DNA from: Erysipelotrichaceae bacterium
Lineage (GTDB): Bacteria; Bacillota_I; Bacilli_A; Erysipelotrichales; Erysipelotrichaceae
DNA length: 32,000 nt
Assembly (NCBI GenBank): GCA_030604855.1
Contig: JAUVVC010000001.1
Coordinates: 150,001-182,000, forward strand
Reading direction: 5' to 3'
Part shown: positions 17,878-26,220 of the stretch, one piece after another
Layout of the letters: each line of letters begins with the position of its first letter
Position numbering within the stretch: the stretch's first letter is position 1
Notes under the pieces: model-generated
What the model was told of the DNA's origin: nothing
Seen by the model: only the letters and a program-made list of their open reading frames with translations
The model's database searches: none
Position numbers and translations under genes: made by a program

Positions 17878-18623
17878 GTTGGATGGAGGCTTTGAATCTA
17901 CCAAAGTCATGTTTGATTCAGAAGCGGATTCCTCTGAAGAAACTGGTAGAACATAGTACGCTCAAGCAGAAACAACTCATTGAGCAAACAATTTCATCTG
18001 TTACGCTTGTTGCCTTGATTGATGAGGAAACGTCGCGCATAAGGGCTTATGTGGATGCTTATGAGAATTATCAAGCCTTCTTTATCTTGGAGATAACGAG
18101 CAAACGATTTCCATTAAGTTCAGAGGTGTACGGCTTACTACATGGAATGTTTCCAAACCCAACCATACTGTATTCAATTTACGAGAATAGGATTCAACTC
18201 TCGAGTGCTTTAAAGCGAATCAATTTGAATAACGCTGAGCAAACGATTGTAGAAGAAGTTTATATTACACCAACATTAACGATTAATGAGGAATTCATAA
18301 ACTATATAAGTCAGATCAATTATCAGAGAGTAAAAGTATCAAACCTCAAAGAATACTATTCGAAGTATTCACAAATCATTCAGTTGAGTCAGATTATTGA
18401 GGACATGAATCAATATCCAAGTATTAATGTTGATGTAGAGTTATTGCAGAAGTTGGTCGAAGATATCAAGAATATTCAAGTTTCAATTAAATTAAATGAA
18501 GCTGAAAATCGAAAAGAGAAGAGTCTAGCAAGACGTATGGATCTGCACATGCAGATCAAAATAGATAGAAAGCGATTAGAAGCGTTACAAAAACAAACAA
18601 TGGAGGTCTTATGTCAGAGTTAA
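17874..18623 (+). CDS. DUF4391-like protein
   Basis: The ATGA overlap with the SNF2 stop indicates translational coupling. Its size, its N-terminal ...LPKSCLIQKRIPLKKL... pattern and its position between a helicase and a methyltransferase fit the DUF4391 family. Assignment is from memory of the family pattern. Confidence 0.6.
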   Translation: MSWMEALNLPKSCLIQKRIPLKKLVEHSTLKQKQLIEQTISSVTLVALIDEETSRIRAYVDAYENYQAFFILEITSKRFPLSSEVYGLLHGMFPNPTILYSIYENRIQLSSALKRINLNNAEQTIVEEVYITPTLTINEEFINYISQINYQRVKVSNLKEYYSKYSQIIQLSQIIEDMNQYPSINVDVELLQKLVEDIKNIQVSIKLNEAENRKEKSLARRMDLHMQIKIDRKRLEALQKQTMEVLCQS

Positions 18624-20506
18624 GAATAGAAAAACTGTCAATGGAGAGTGTTGATATCACTAAAGAGAACATTGAGAAAATCAAGGAACTTTTTCCACAA
18701 GTCGTTACGGAAGGAAAGATTGATTTTGATGTACTTAAAGAAATACTAGGCGAACAAATCGAGTCTAGAAATGAACGTTATCAATTTACTTGGAGTGGTA
18801 AATCAGATTCCATTCGTTTTGCTCAACGCCCATCTACTGGAACGTTAAGGCCTGACAAAGAATCTAGTAAAAACTGGGATGCAACTGAGAATCTTTACAT
18901 TGAAGGAGATAACCTTGAAGTGTTAAAGCTTCTTCAGAAGTCCTATCACAGTAAAATAAAAATGATTTATATTGATCCTCCATATAACACTGGTGGGGAC
19001 TTTGTGTATAAAGATGATTTTAAAGATAGTATTAAGAACTACAAAGAACAAACCAATCAAACTTTAAGAGCAAATCCTGAAACAAGTGGAAGATATCATA
19101 CAGATTGGTTAAATATGATGTATCCTAGATTGATGTTGGCAAAAAACTTACTTTCTGATGATGGAATAATATTTATCAGCATTGATGATAATGAAGTTGA
19201 TAATTTGAAAAAGATTTGTGTAGAAGTTTTTGGTGAAACGAATTTTGTAGCGGATTTAATTTGGACTAATCATGAAGGTGGAGGGAGCTCTGACAGTAAA
19301 CTTTTTAGAATTAAGCATGAACACATACTCTGCTTCTCAAAGTCAATAAATTTACTAGAAATTCTTGGTGTAGAAGTAAGTAATGAAGATCGATACAAGT
19401 CTTCAGATCAGTATGTTGCTATTAGAGGCAAATACTATCTTCAAAAATTAGGGATGGGATCTATTCAATACTCAAATTCACTGGACTATCCAATAACCGT
19501 ACCTGATGGTACTATGGTCACCCCAACTGATAATAATGGTGGGAAAAAAGCATGTTGGAGATGGTCTAAAACAAAGTTCGAATGGGGGTTAAAAATGGGT
19601 TTTATTGAGTTTAGAATGGACTCTAATCGAAAATGGATAGTCTATACAAAACAATATTTAAAATGTGATAATGAGGGAAACATTATTGAAAGAACCCAGA
19701 GACCAATGGGTATTATTAGTAACTACTCAAGTACCCAAGGTTCAAAAATGCTTGACTTCTTAGGTTTAAGCTCATTTTTCAATTATGCAAAGCCAATTGA
19801 ATTATTAAATTATCTACTTAATCGAGTTGATTCAAGTGATTGTATAACGTTAGATTTCTTCTCTGGTTCTGCTACTACCGCCCACTCCGTCATGCAACTT
19901 AATGCAGAAGATGGAGGTAATCGTAAGTTTATCATGGTTCAATTGCCTGAGAAGACAGATGAGAAATCAGAAGCATTCAAAGCAGGATATGAAAATATCT
20001 GTGAGATTGGTAAAGAACGCATACGTAGAGCTGGAGATAAGATTAAGAATGAATTAATTGAGAAACGCAACAAGCAAGGTATGCTTGAAGATACGATTGA
20101 TCCTGAACAATTGGATATTGGATTTAAAGTCTTTAAGTTGGATACGAGCAATTTGAAGACATTTGATAGTACATCCAAAGACTTGGAGAATATTTTCTCT
20201 GAAGATGTGTTCTTACCTGAACGTTCAAGTCTCGATATTTTGTATGAGATTCTATTGAAATATGGTGTGTTCGATAAGCCAGTTGATGTGATTCAAATCA
20301 ATGGTAAAGAAGCATTTAGCATCGCAATGAATCAGACAATCGTGTATATCAACCAAACGATTACCGAAAGTGATGTTTTGGAGATTGCTAGACTAGCACC
20401 ACGAGAAGTCATTTTTGATGAACGTGGTTTTGTTAATGATAATGATAAGATCAATGCGTTGAAACGATTGGAAACAGCTGGTGTAGAGAAAGTCGCAACA
20501 ATTTAG
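18611..20506 (+). CDS. mod: Type III-like (beta-class) DNA methyltransferase, Mod subunit
   Basis: DPPY (motif IV) at 18974-18985 precedes DFFSGS (motif I, FxGxG) at 19853-19870. This is the beta-class order, with a long variable region between the motifs. GGAGG ribosome-binding site. 13-nt overlap with the preceding gene. Confidence 0.85.
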   Translation: MSELRIEKLSMESVDITKENIEKIKELFPQVVTEGKIDFDVLKEILGEQIESRNERYQFTWSGKSDSIRFAQRPSTGTLRPDKESSKNWDATENLYIEGDNLEVLKLLQKSYHSKIKMIYIDPPYNTGGDFVYKDDFKDSIKNYKEQTNQTLRANPETSGRYHTDWLNMMYPRLMLAKNLLSDDGIIFISIDDNEVDNLKKICVEVFGETNFVADLIWTNHEGGGSSDSKLFRIKHEHILCFSKSINLLEILGVEVSNEDRYKSSDQYVAIRGKYYLQKLGMGSIQYSNSLDYPITVPDGTMVTPTDNNGGKKACWRWSKTKFEWGLKMGFIEFRMDSNRKWIVYTKQYLKCDNEGNIIERTQRPMGIISNYSSTQGSKMLDFLGLSSFFNYAKPIELLNYLLNRVDSSDCITLDFFSGSATTAHSVMQLNAEDGGNRKFIMVQLPEKTDEKSEAFKAGYENICEIGKERIRRAGDKIKNELIEKRNKQGMLEDTIDPEQLDIGFKVFKLDTSNLKTFDSTSKDLENIFSEDVFLPERSSLDILYEILLKYGVFDKPVDVIQINGKEAFSIAMNQTIVYINQTITESDVLEIARLAPREVIFDERGFVNDNDKINALKRLETAGVEKVATI

Positions 20507-20516
20507 GTGGTATGAT

Positions 20517-23486
20517 ATGGAGCTGAAATTTAGTATTCAGCCGTATCAAACAGATGCGGTTAATTCCATTGTTCGAATCTTTGAAGGAATGGAAATCAAG
20601 CAGTCACAATTCACCATAGATATCTCTCAAGACTTAGGAAGCGTGAGTGGCTTTGCATTAGAAGGTCAAGCTGTATCGTATTTAACAGGTTTTTCTAATA
20701 AATGCACACTTACAAATCATGAGATTCTGCTTAATGTACGCAAAATACAAGACGATAATAACATTCGTATGTCAACGACTTTGGGAAGTCGAGACTTTTC
20801 AATTGAAATGGAAACGGGTACAGGCAAAACATACGTCTATACCAAAACGATATTAGAACTGAATAAGCTTTATGGAATGACAAAGTTTATAATAGTTGTT
20901 CCTAGCATTGCGATCAAAGAAGGTGTGTATAAGAGCTTTCAGATTACCGAAAGTCATTTTAGAGCACACTATGACAACGTAATCTACAACTACTTTATTT
21001 ATGATTCTAATCGACTCGAAAGAATCCAAAATTTCGCGACGAGTTCAAATATTGAAGTCATGATCATTAACATCGATGCCTTTAAAAAGAGTGAGAATAT
21101 CATTAATCGTCCTAATGATCGACTTTCTGGAAACAAGCCAATTGATTTAATTTCAAGTACAAATCCAATTGTTATTATCGATGAGCCTCAATCTGTAGAC
21201 AACACTACAAAATCCAGCGAAGCGATTGATACACTAAGACCATTGGCTAAGCTCCGATATTCTGCAACTTACCGAAAGGGTAAGGAGTTTAATATGATGT
21301 ATCGCTTAACACCAGTGGATGCTTATCATCAAAACCTAGTAAAACACATTGAAGTATCTTCAATCATCGAAGATCAACCAACACATCTTGCTTATGTAAA
21401 ACTCATATCAATCAATGTGAAAAATGGTTACTCCGCAGTCATTGAGATCAATCAGCTATCTAAGAACAATGAAGTCAAACGGAGTAAAGTAACTGTAAGA
21501 GTTGGAAGTGATTTATGGGAAAGCTCAGGTCAATTGGATTATTATAAAGATCAGAACTTTATTGTGGATGACATCGATGCATTCGAGGGACAAGAGAGTA
21601 TTCAATTCTTGAATGGTGAGATATTAAAAATTGGCCAAAGTATAAATGAATCCAATCCAACCATATTGAAACGTGCTCAAATTCGTGAAACTATTTTCCA
21701 ACACTTGAAGAAAGAGAAACACTATTTATCGAAAGGGATAAAAGTGTTGAGTCTTTTCTTTTTGGATGAGGTTAAGAATTATCGAGTGTATAAAGATGAC
21801 GGATCTGTCGAAAAAGGGGAATATGCTCAGTGGTTCGAGGAAGAATACGAGAAGCTGATCAATGGTCAATTCAAGTATTTGAAAGATGCGTTTCCGAACG
21901 TAAACTTTAATTCAGCAGATATACACGATGGTTACTTCTCGATGGATAAGAGAGGGAAGTACGTTAATACTAAGACTGGTGAGGCTGCGGACGATGAGAC
22001 AGCTTATCACCTCATCATGGTAAATAAAGAAAGATTGCTAAGTTTAGAAGAACCTAGACGCTTTCTATTTTCACATTCTGCACTTAAAGAAGGTTGGGAT
22101 AATCCCAATGTTTTTCAAGTATGTACGCTTATCGAGTCAAAGGATACAATGACTAAAAGACAAAAGATTGGACGAGGTTTACGTTTGTGTGTTGATCAAA
22201 GTGGAGAACGCGTCTTAGATATGAATTACAACAAACTTTGTGTCGTTGCCAATGAATCCTATTTTGATTTTGCATCGACTTTACAAAAAGAGTTTGAAGA
22301 TGAAGGATTCAAGTTCGGAATTGTTGAATCTCAAAGCTTTAAGGGATTGTATGTCCATACAGCAGACGATGATAAGTTGATCATTTCAAACGAAGATTCA
22401 AGTAAATTACATAAGTATCTTATAGAGCAAGGTTACTTGAAACAGAATGGTAAAGTTGACGATAAATTCTTTATCGATGTAAGCAGTAATACTTTTGAAT
22501 TACCGACTCAATATGAACCATTCAAAGAAAAGATCATAGCGGAGATTAAACATCTCTCACGTGAGATCGAAATCAAGAATGTTAAAGAGAAGATTGAAGT
22601 AAAACTGAACAAAGAAGTGTATTTATCTGAGAACTTTAGAGTTCTTTGGGATAAGATCAAGCATAAGACTTTGTATAAAGTGAACATCGACATTAAGAAA
22701 TTGATAACATTATGTAAATATAAAATAGACTCTATGCCAACAATCAAATCAGACTTGATAATTAAAAGTGGTGGAGATGTTGAGATTGGTAGTGGCGGTA
22801 TTACGGTAAATGAACATATCTTGGGTAGAGAAATGGATATGGGAGACTTTGAAAATCTAACTTATCCTGATGTCTTAAGAAGACTACAAGACAATACGCA
22901 ATTACTTAGAAAAACAATTCTAGAAATCCTACGTAGTACAAAACGTTTTGATGATTTCTTTAAGAATCCTGAGGTGTTCATTTCTCGTGTTTCCACAATT
23001 ATCAATGAAGTTAAGAGAGAACTTACCTCCGAAGGACTTCAGTATTTCAAGTTGGATGAGGAGTATGTTCAGACTCAGATTTTTGATGATTCTGAGTTGT
23101 TTGGCTACAAAGACTATAATGTGCTGGATATATCTGATCGAAAGAATGTATTTGACCATGTAATCTTTGATTCAATCATTGAGAAACAGTTTGCGTTGGA
23201 TGCAGAGAAAGATAATGATGTTGTTTTGTATGCGAAACTTCCAAGTGAGTTCAAGATTGATACACCTTTTGGCAAGTATAATCCAGACTGGGTTGTTGTT
23301 ATTCAGAAGGATAATGATGATAGGCTTTATTTTGTGGCAGAAACAAAGGGGACTTCTTTAGAATCTAGTCTTCGAGGTTCTGAAATGAATAAAATAAACA
23401 GTGGTAGAAAACACTTTGAAATCGTTGACAGTGAACTTAAATATGAGTTAACCACAAGCTTAAAAATGCTAAAAAGAGAAATGTAA
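20517..23486 (+). CDS. res: Type III restriction enzyme Res subunit (SF2 helicase plus C-terminal PD-(D/E)xK nuclease)
   Basis: GTGKT at 20817-20831 and DEPQ at 21180-21191. ...FSHSALKEGWDNPNVFQ and QKIGRGLR (motif VI) are typical of Res. C-terminal NPDW (D at 23286-23288) ... VAETKG (23340-23348) forms the nuclease motif. Confidence 0.85.
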   Translation: MELKFSIQPYQTDAVNSIVRIFEGMEIKQSQFTIDISQDLGSVSGFALEGQAVSYLTGFSNKCTLTNHEILLNVRKIQDDNNIRMSTTLGSRDFSIEMETGTGKTYVYTKTILELNKLYGMTKFIIVVPSIAIKEGVYKSFQITESHFRAHYDNVIYNYFIYDSNRLERIQNFATSSNIEVMIINIDAFKKSENIINRPNDRLSGNKPIDLISSTNPIVIIDEPQSVDNTTKSSEAIDTLRPLAKLRYSATYRKGKEFNMMYRLTPVDAYHQNLVKHIEVSSIIEDQPTHLAYVKLISINVKNGYSAVIEINQLSKNNEVKRSKVTVRVGSDLWESSGQLDYYKDQNFIVDDIDAFEGQESIQFLNGEILKIGQSINESNPTILKRAQIRETIFQHLKKEKHYLSKGIKVLSLFFLDEVKNYRVYKDDGSVEKGEYAQWFEEEYEKLINGQFKYLKDAFPNVNFNSADIHDGYFSMDKRGKYVNTKTGEAADDETAYHLIMVNKERLLSLEEPRRFLFSHSALKEGWDNPNVFQVCTLIESKDTMTKRQKIGRGLRLCVDQSGERVLDMNYNKLCVVANESYFDFASTLQKEFEDEGFKFGIVESQSFKGLYVHTADDDKLIISNEDSSKLHKYLIEQGYLKQNGKVDDKFFIDVSSNTFELPTQYEPFKEKIIAEIKHLSREIEIKNVKEKIEVKLNKEVYLSENFRVLWDKIKHKTLYKVNIDIKKLITLCKYKIDSMPTIKSDLIIKSGGDVEIGSGGITVNEHILGREMDMGDFENLTYPDVLRRLQDNTQLLRKTILEILRSTKRFDDFFKNPEVFISRVSTIINEVKRELTSEGLQYFKLDEEYVQTQIFDDSELFGYKDYNVLDISDRKNVFDHVIFDSIIEKQFALDAEKDNDVVLYAKLPSEFKIDTPFGKYNPDWVVVIQKDNDDRLYFVAETKGTSLESSLRGSEMNKINSGRKHFEIVDSELKYELTTSLKMLKREM

Positions 23487-23536
23487 TTTTATACCAGTAT
23501 TTCTTTTTTCAAACGAGAACTTAGAGAGGAGCTGCT

Positions 23537-24469
23537 TTGAAGTTAAAAGAAGATGTTATTGAAATTGAATATAAAGAAAAGGACTACTCAGAACTAGAAA
23601 ACATTTTAATCAAATGTAAAATGAGATGTGCAGGACTTTTAGAACAAAATGATCTAAAGTATCGTTTTGATATTCTTGAAAAATCAATAGAGAAGTCTAA
23701 AGAGATAAAGAATGTTGATTTTGAATACTTATCCAGACTGCATGAACTAAAATCTATAATACTTTTCTCAGAACTTGGGAGTTTGACAATCTCAAATGAC
23801 GCTAAACATGAAAAGGGTCCGGATCTATTATTTAACAACGTGTATATTGAGTGTGTTACAGCAAATGTTGGGAACAAGGATAATTATAAGGAACTTAAAA
23901 AAAGTGGATTTGAAAAATATGGTTCACAAGTCATTGATTATGGTGAGAAGTCCAGACAGATGATTTTGAGATTTACAACAGCATTAAAGTCTAAAGTAGA
24001 TCATTGTAATAATGTTTGGAATGATGAGTATCAGCCATTATGTATTTTTTTACACTTAGGCAGATTCTCAAATCAATATCATCAAGGAGAATTCCTGGAC
24101 GAAATGACGAGGTTTTTAGTAGGAAAAGGATCATTAACTTTAGCATATGATGTAAAACAGGGAAAAATTGTTAATGTATATTATCAAAAAAATGAGAACA
24201 TAAAGAATAATAACTTAGCAGATGTAAATGTGAATTTCTTTGGTGATAGCAAGAATAGTATTGTTTCTGCTGTAATTATTTCAAGTGCTTATTACTCAGA
24301 AGATTATGATCTAGAAAATACAGTTGTTTTTACAAACTATAATGCAAAGCATGAGATTAATGCATATTACTTTAATAACTTTGTTATTTGGACAATGAAT
24401 GATTTAGGTGAATATGTACCAACCAAAGATGGAAAGCAGCTAAAACTAAAGGACATAAAGATTATATGA
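23537..24469 (+). CDS. hypothetical 310-aa protein with a possible divergent PD-(D/E)xK-like core
   Basis: TTG start 5 nt after GAGAGGAG. It sits 50 nt after res with no terminator. The only motif-like stretch is HEKGPDLLFNNVYIECVT (D at 23822-23824, E at 23849-23851). Its stop overlaps the next gene's start (ATGA). Confidence 0.55.
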   Translation: MKLKEDVIEIEYKEKDYSELENILIKCKMRCAGLLEQNDLKYRFDILEKSIEKSKEIKNVDFEYLSRLHELKSIILFSELGSLTISNDAKHEKGPDLLFNNVYIECVTANVGNKDNYKELKKSGFEKYGSQVIDYGEKSRQMILRFTTALKSKVDHCNNVWNDEYQPLCIFLHLGRFSNQYHQGEFLDEMTRFLVGKGSLTLAYDVKQGKIVNVYYQKNENIKNNNLADVNVNFFGDSKNSIVSAVIISSAYYSEDYDLENTVVFTNYNAKHEINAYYFNNFVIWTMNDLGEYVPTKDGKQLKLKDIKII

Positions 24470-25320
24470 CAACTAAAAGCCTATCATTCTACTACCCAGA
24501 AAGTAGTAATGCTTCAAGCCTGAAGATTTTCAAAGAGATTGGGACTGCCCTAACTGGCTTTTACTTTAAACGCTCAAGTCTTCCAGAAGTCGTTAAAGAA
24601 CCGAACGCTGAGAACTATGCAATCTATTTCTTATTTGATGATAGTGATAATGAACCGATTGTGTATATTGGTCAGTCTACCAATGGCGTCAATAGAATCA
24701 AAGAACATGTGAAGCTCAAAGAATTCTGGAGCTATTGCATCATGATTGTATCTGATAACAATAGCTTCGATAAATCAGCAATCGATTATTTAGAATATCA
24801 TTTCGTCCAAAAGTTTAAGAACACAGTTTATAAACTTGAGAATGTGGATGGTCGCAACAAAGAACCACAAATCGATATCTTTACAAGAACCACATATAAC
24901 AACTATTGCAACCAAATAGCATTCTTACTAGAAGCTAATGGTATTGACTTCTTAGAGAAGAAGAGTAGCAAAGAAAAAGACTTTCAGTATTTTGATGCGA
25001 GTAAAGGTGTAAAAGCCAAACTATATTTAAAAGACGATGTGTTTTTTGTATGCAAAGATTCTGTGATCACATTGCCAAATGAATCTTCTAAGCTTTGGAG
25101 TGATGAAGGGAAATTTTACAATAAACTGGTGAACAAGTTAAATCATTTGATTGAAGAAGGCAAAGCTAAACTAAAAGATAATGATTCGACTAAAGCAATC
25201 TTACTTGAGAATATACCTTTCAAGAGTCCGAGCTCAGCTGCTGAGTTGTGCTCTGGATCATCTGAGAATGGATGGCAGTTTTGGAAGGGCTTATCTTCAA
25301 TTCGAAAGAACGAAGACTAA
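24466..25320 (+). CDS. GIY-YIG nuclease-family protein with a C-terminal DUF4357-like domain
   Basis: AIYFLF...VYIGQS (24661-24672)...RIKEH...LEYHF follows the GIY-YIG order. The C-terminal ...FKSPSSAAELCSGSSENGWQFWKG matches the DUF4357 signature (F.SPS.AA....G...NGW..WK). Confidence 0.7.
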   Translation: MTTKSLSFYYPESSNASSLKIFKEIGTALTGFYFKRSSLPEVVKEPNAENYAIYFLFDDSDNEPIVYIGQSTNGVNRIKEHVKLKEFWSYCIMIVSDNNSFDKSAIDYLEYHFVQKFKNTVYKLENVDGRNKEPQIDIFTRTTYNNYCNQIAFLLEANGIDFLEKKSSKEKDFQYFDASKGVKAKLYLKDDVFFVCKDSVITLPNESSKLWSDEGKFYNKLVNKLNHLIEEGKAKLKDNDSTKAILLENIPFKSPSSAAELCSGSSENGWQFWKGLSSIRKNED

Positions 25321-25344
25321 ATGTTTGAAAAGGGGGGACAGATA

Positions 25345-26220
25345 ATGCAGACATGGGTAATTTCATGTAGTTTAAAAGAGTATGATGTGATTGGTGCCTT
25401 TCGAGAGTTTGATGCTATTGACTGGAAGCAAAGCGCAAACTTTGAAGTTAGGGATATAATCTTCATTTATGTAAGCCATCCTATCATGAAGTTGTTTTTC
25501 AAATGTGTGGTTGAAGAAATAGGACTTGAAACCAGAAGTCAAAAGGATCGTGAATTTGTTAGTGGGATAAATAGTTTTGAAGATAAAGGACGCTACATGC
25601 GCTTAAAGCGTATAACAACTTTTGAAGAGCCAATTCCTTTTAAATTGCTCAGTGAGAATGGACTTAAAGGCAATGTACAAGGCCCAAGAAGAATATCAGG
25701 AATGTTACTTGAATTTATAGAATCTTATCTAGAAAAATCACGAGTAAATAATGTTTCGATACTTGAAGACAATAGACTGAACGAGAGTATCCAAAAGAGT
25801 CTTACTCGCAATATTAATCCGGTGAAGTATGTACCTAAGCCAAAAGTAAAACCACAGCATAATTATGTTGATGGTGTTAAAGTGTATCCTCGATGTCGTG
25901 AAGTAGCAATAAACGCTCTAATAAGAGCGGATTTTAAGTGTGAATGTGCAGTTGATCATTCCACATTTAAATCTAAGTTTAATGGACTTCCTTATATGGA
26001 AGCACATCACCTCATTCCACTAGCATATCAAGATGAATTTGATTTCTCGCTAGATGTAGAAGCCAATGTAGTTTCATTGTGTAGTCACTGCCATAATGAA
26101 TTTCATTATGGACAGGAAGCAAATAGTAATCTTTTGAGATTGTTAAAAATGAGGCAGAATGAATTAATGGATTGTGGAATAATAATTGAAGTTAGCCTTA
26201 TTTTGGAGTTTTACAAATGA
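25345..26220 (+). CDS. PUA-like (EVE/ASCH-type) N-terminal domain fused to an HNH endonuclease
   Basis: Start at ATG 25345, 7 nt after a G6 tract. N-terminus is MQTWVISCSLKEYDVIGAFREFDAIDWKQSANFEVRDIIFIYVS. The C-terminal HNH has CECA...EAHHLIPL (HH at 26005-26010) and CSHCH (26080-26094)...NEFHYG. Confidence 0.7.
   Translation: MQTWVISCSLKEYDVIGAFREFDAIDWKQSANFEVRDIIFIYVSHPIMKLFFKCVVEEIGLETRSQKDREFVSGINSFEDKGRYMRLKRITTFEEPIPFKLLSENGLKGNVQGPRRISGMLLEFIESYLEKSRVNNVSILEDNRLNESIQKSLTRNINPVKYVPKPKVKPQHNYVDGVKVYPRCREVAINALIRADFKCECAVDHSTFKSKFNGLPYMEAHHLIPLAYQDEFDFSLDVEANVVSLCSHCHNEFHYGQEANSNLLRLLKMRQNELMDCGIIIEVSLILEFYK

Noticed and set aside
18611-20506. Phase-variable simple-sequence repeats in the mod gene (a phasevarion).
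   Set aside because: I saw no tetra- or pentanucleotide repeat tract or long homopolymer in the coding sequence. The longest runs are about A6.
14656-23486. Whether the helicase, methylase and nuclease cluster is DISARM, BREX or a Type I / Type ISP system.
   Set aside because: There is no DUF1998 or separate active PLD gene (DISARM), no PglZ, BrxC or BrxL-like genes (BREX), and no HsdS specificity subunit. Mod has the beta-class Type III motif order, and Res has the Type III helicase-plus-PD-ExK layout.
14818-23877. Short antisense or alternative-frame ORFs inside the island genes: 14818-15066, 15989-16174, 16945-17130, 19939-20178, 22508-22747, 22929-23159, 22948-23163, 23167-23361 and 23584-23877.
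   Set aside because: They are embedded in the SNF2, Mod, Res and orphan genes. AT-rich DNA produces such frames readily, and no ribosome-binding sites or motifs are present.
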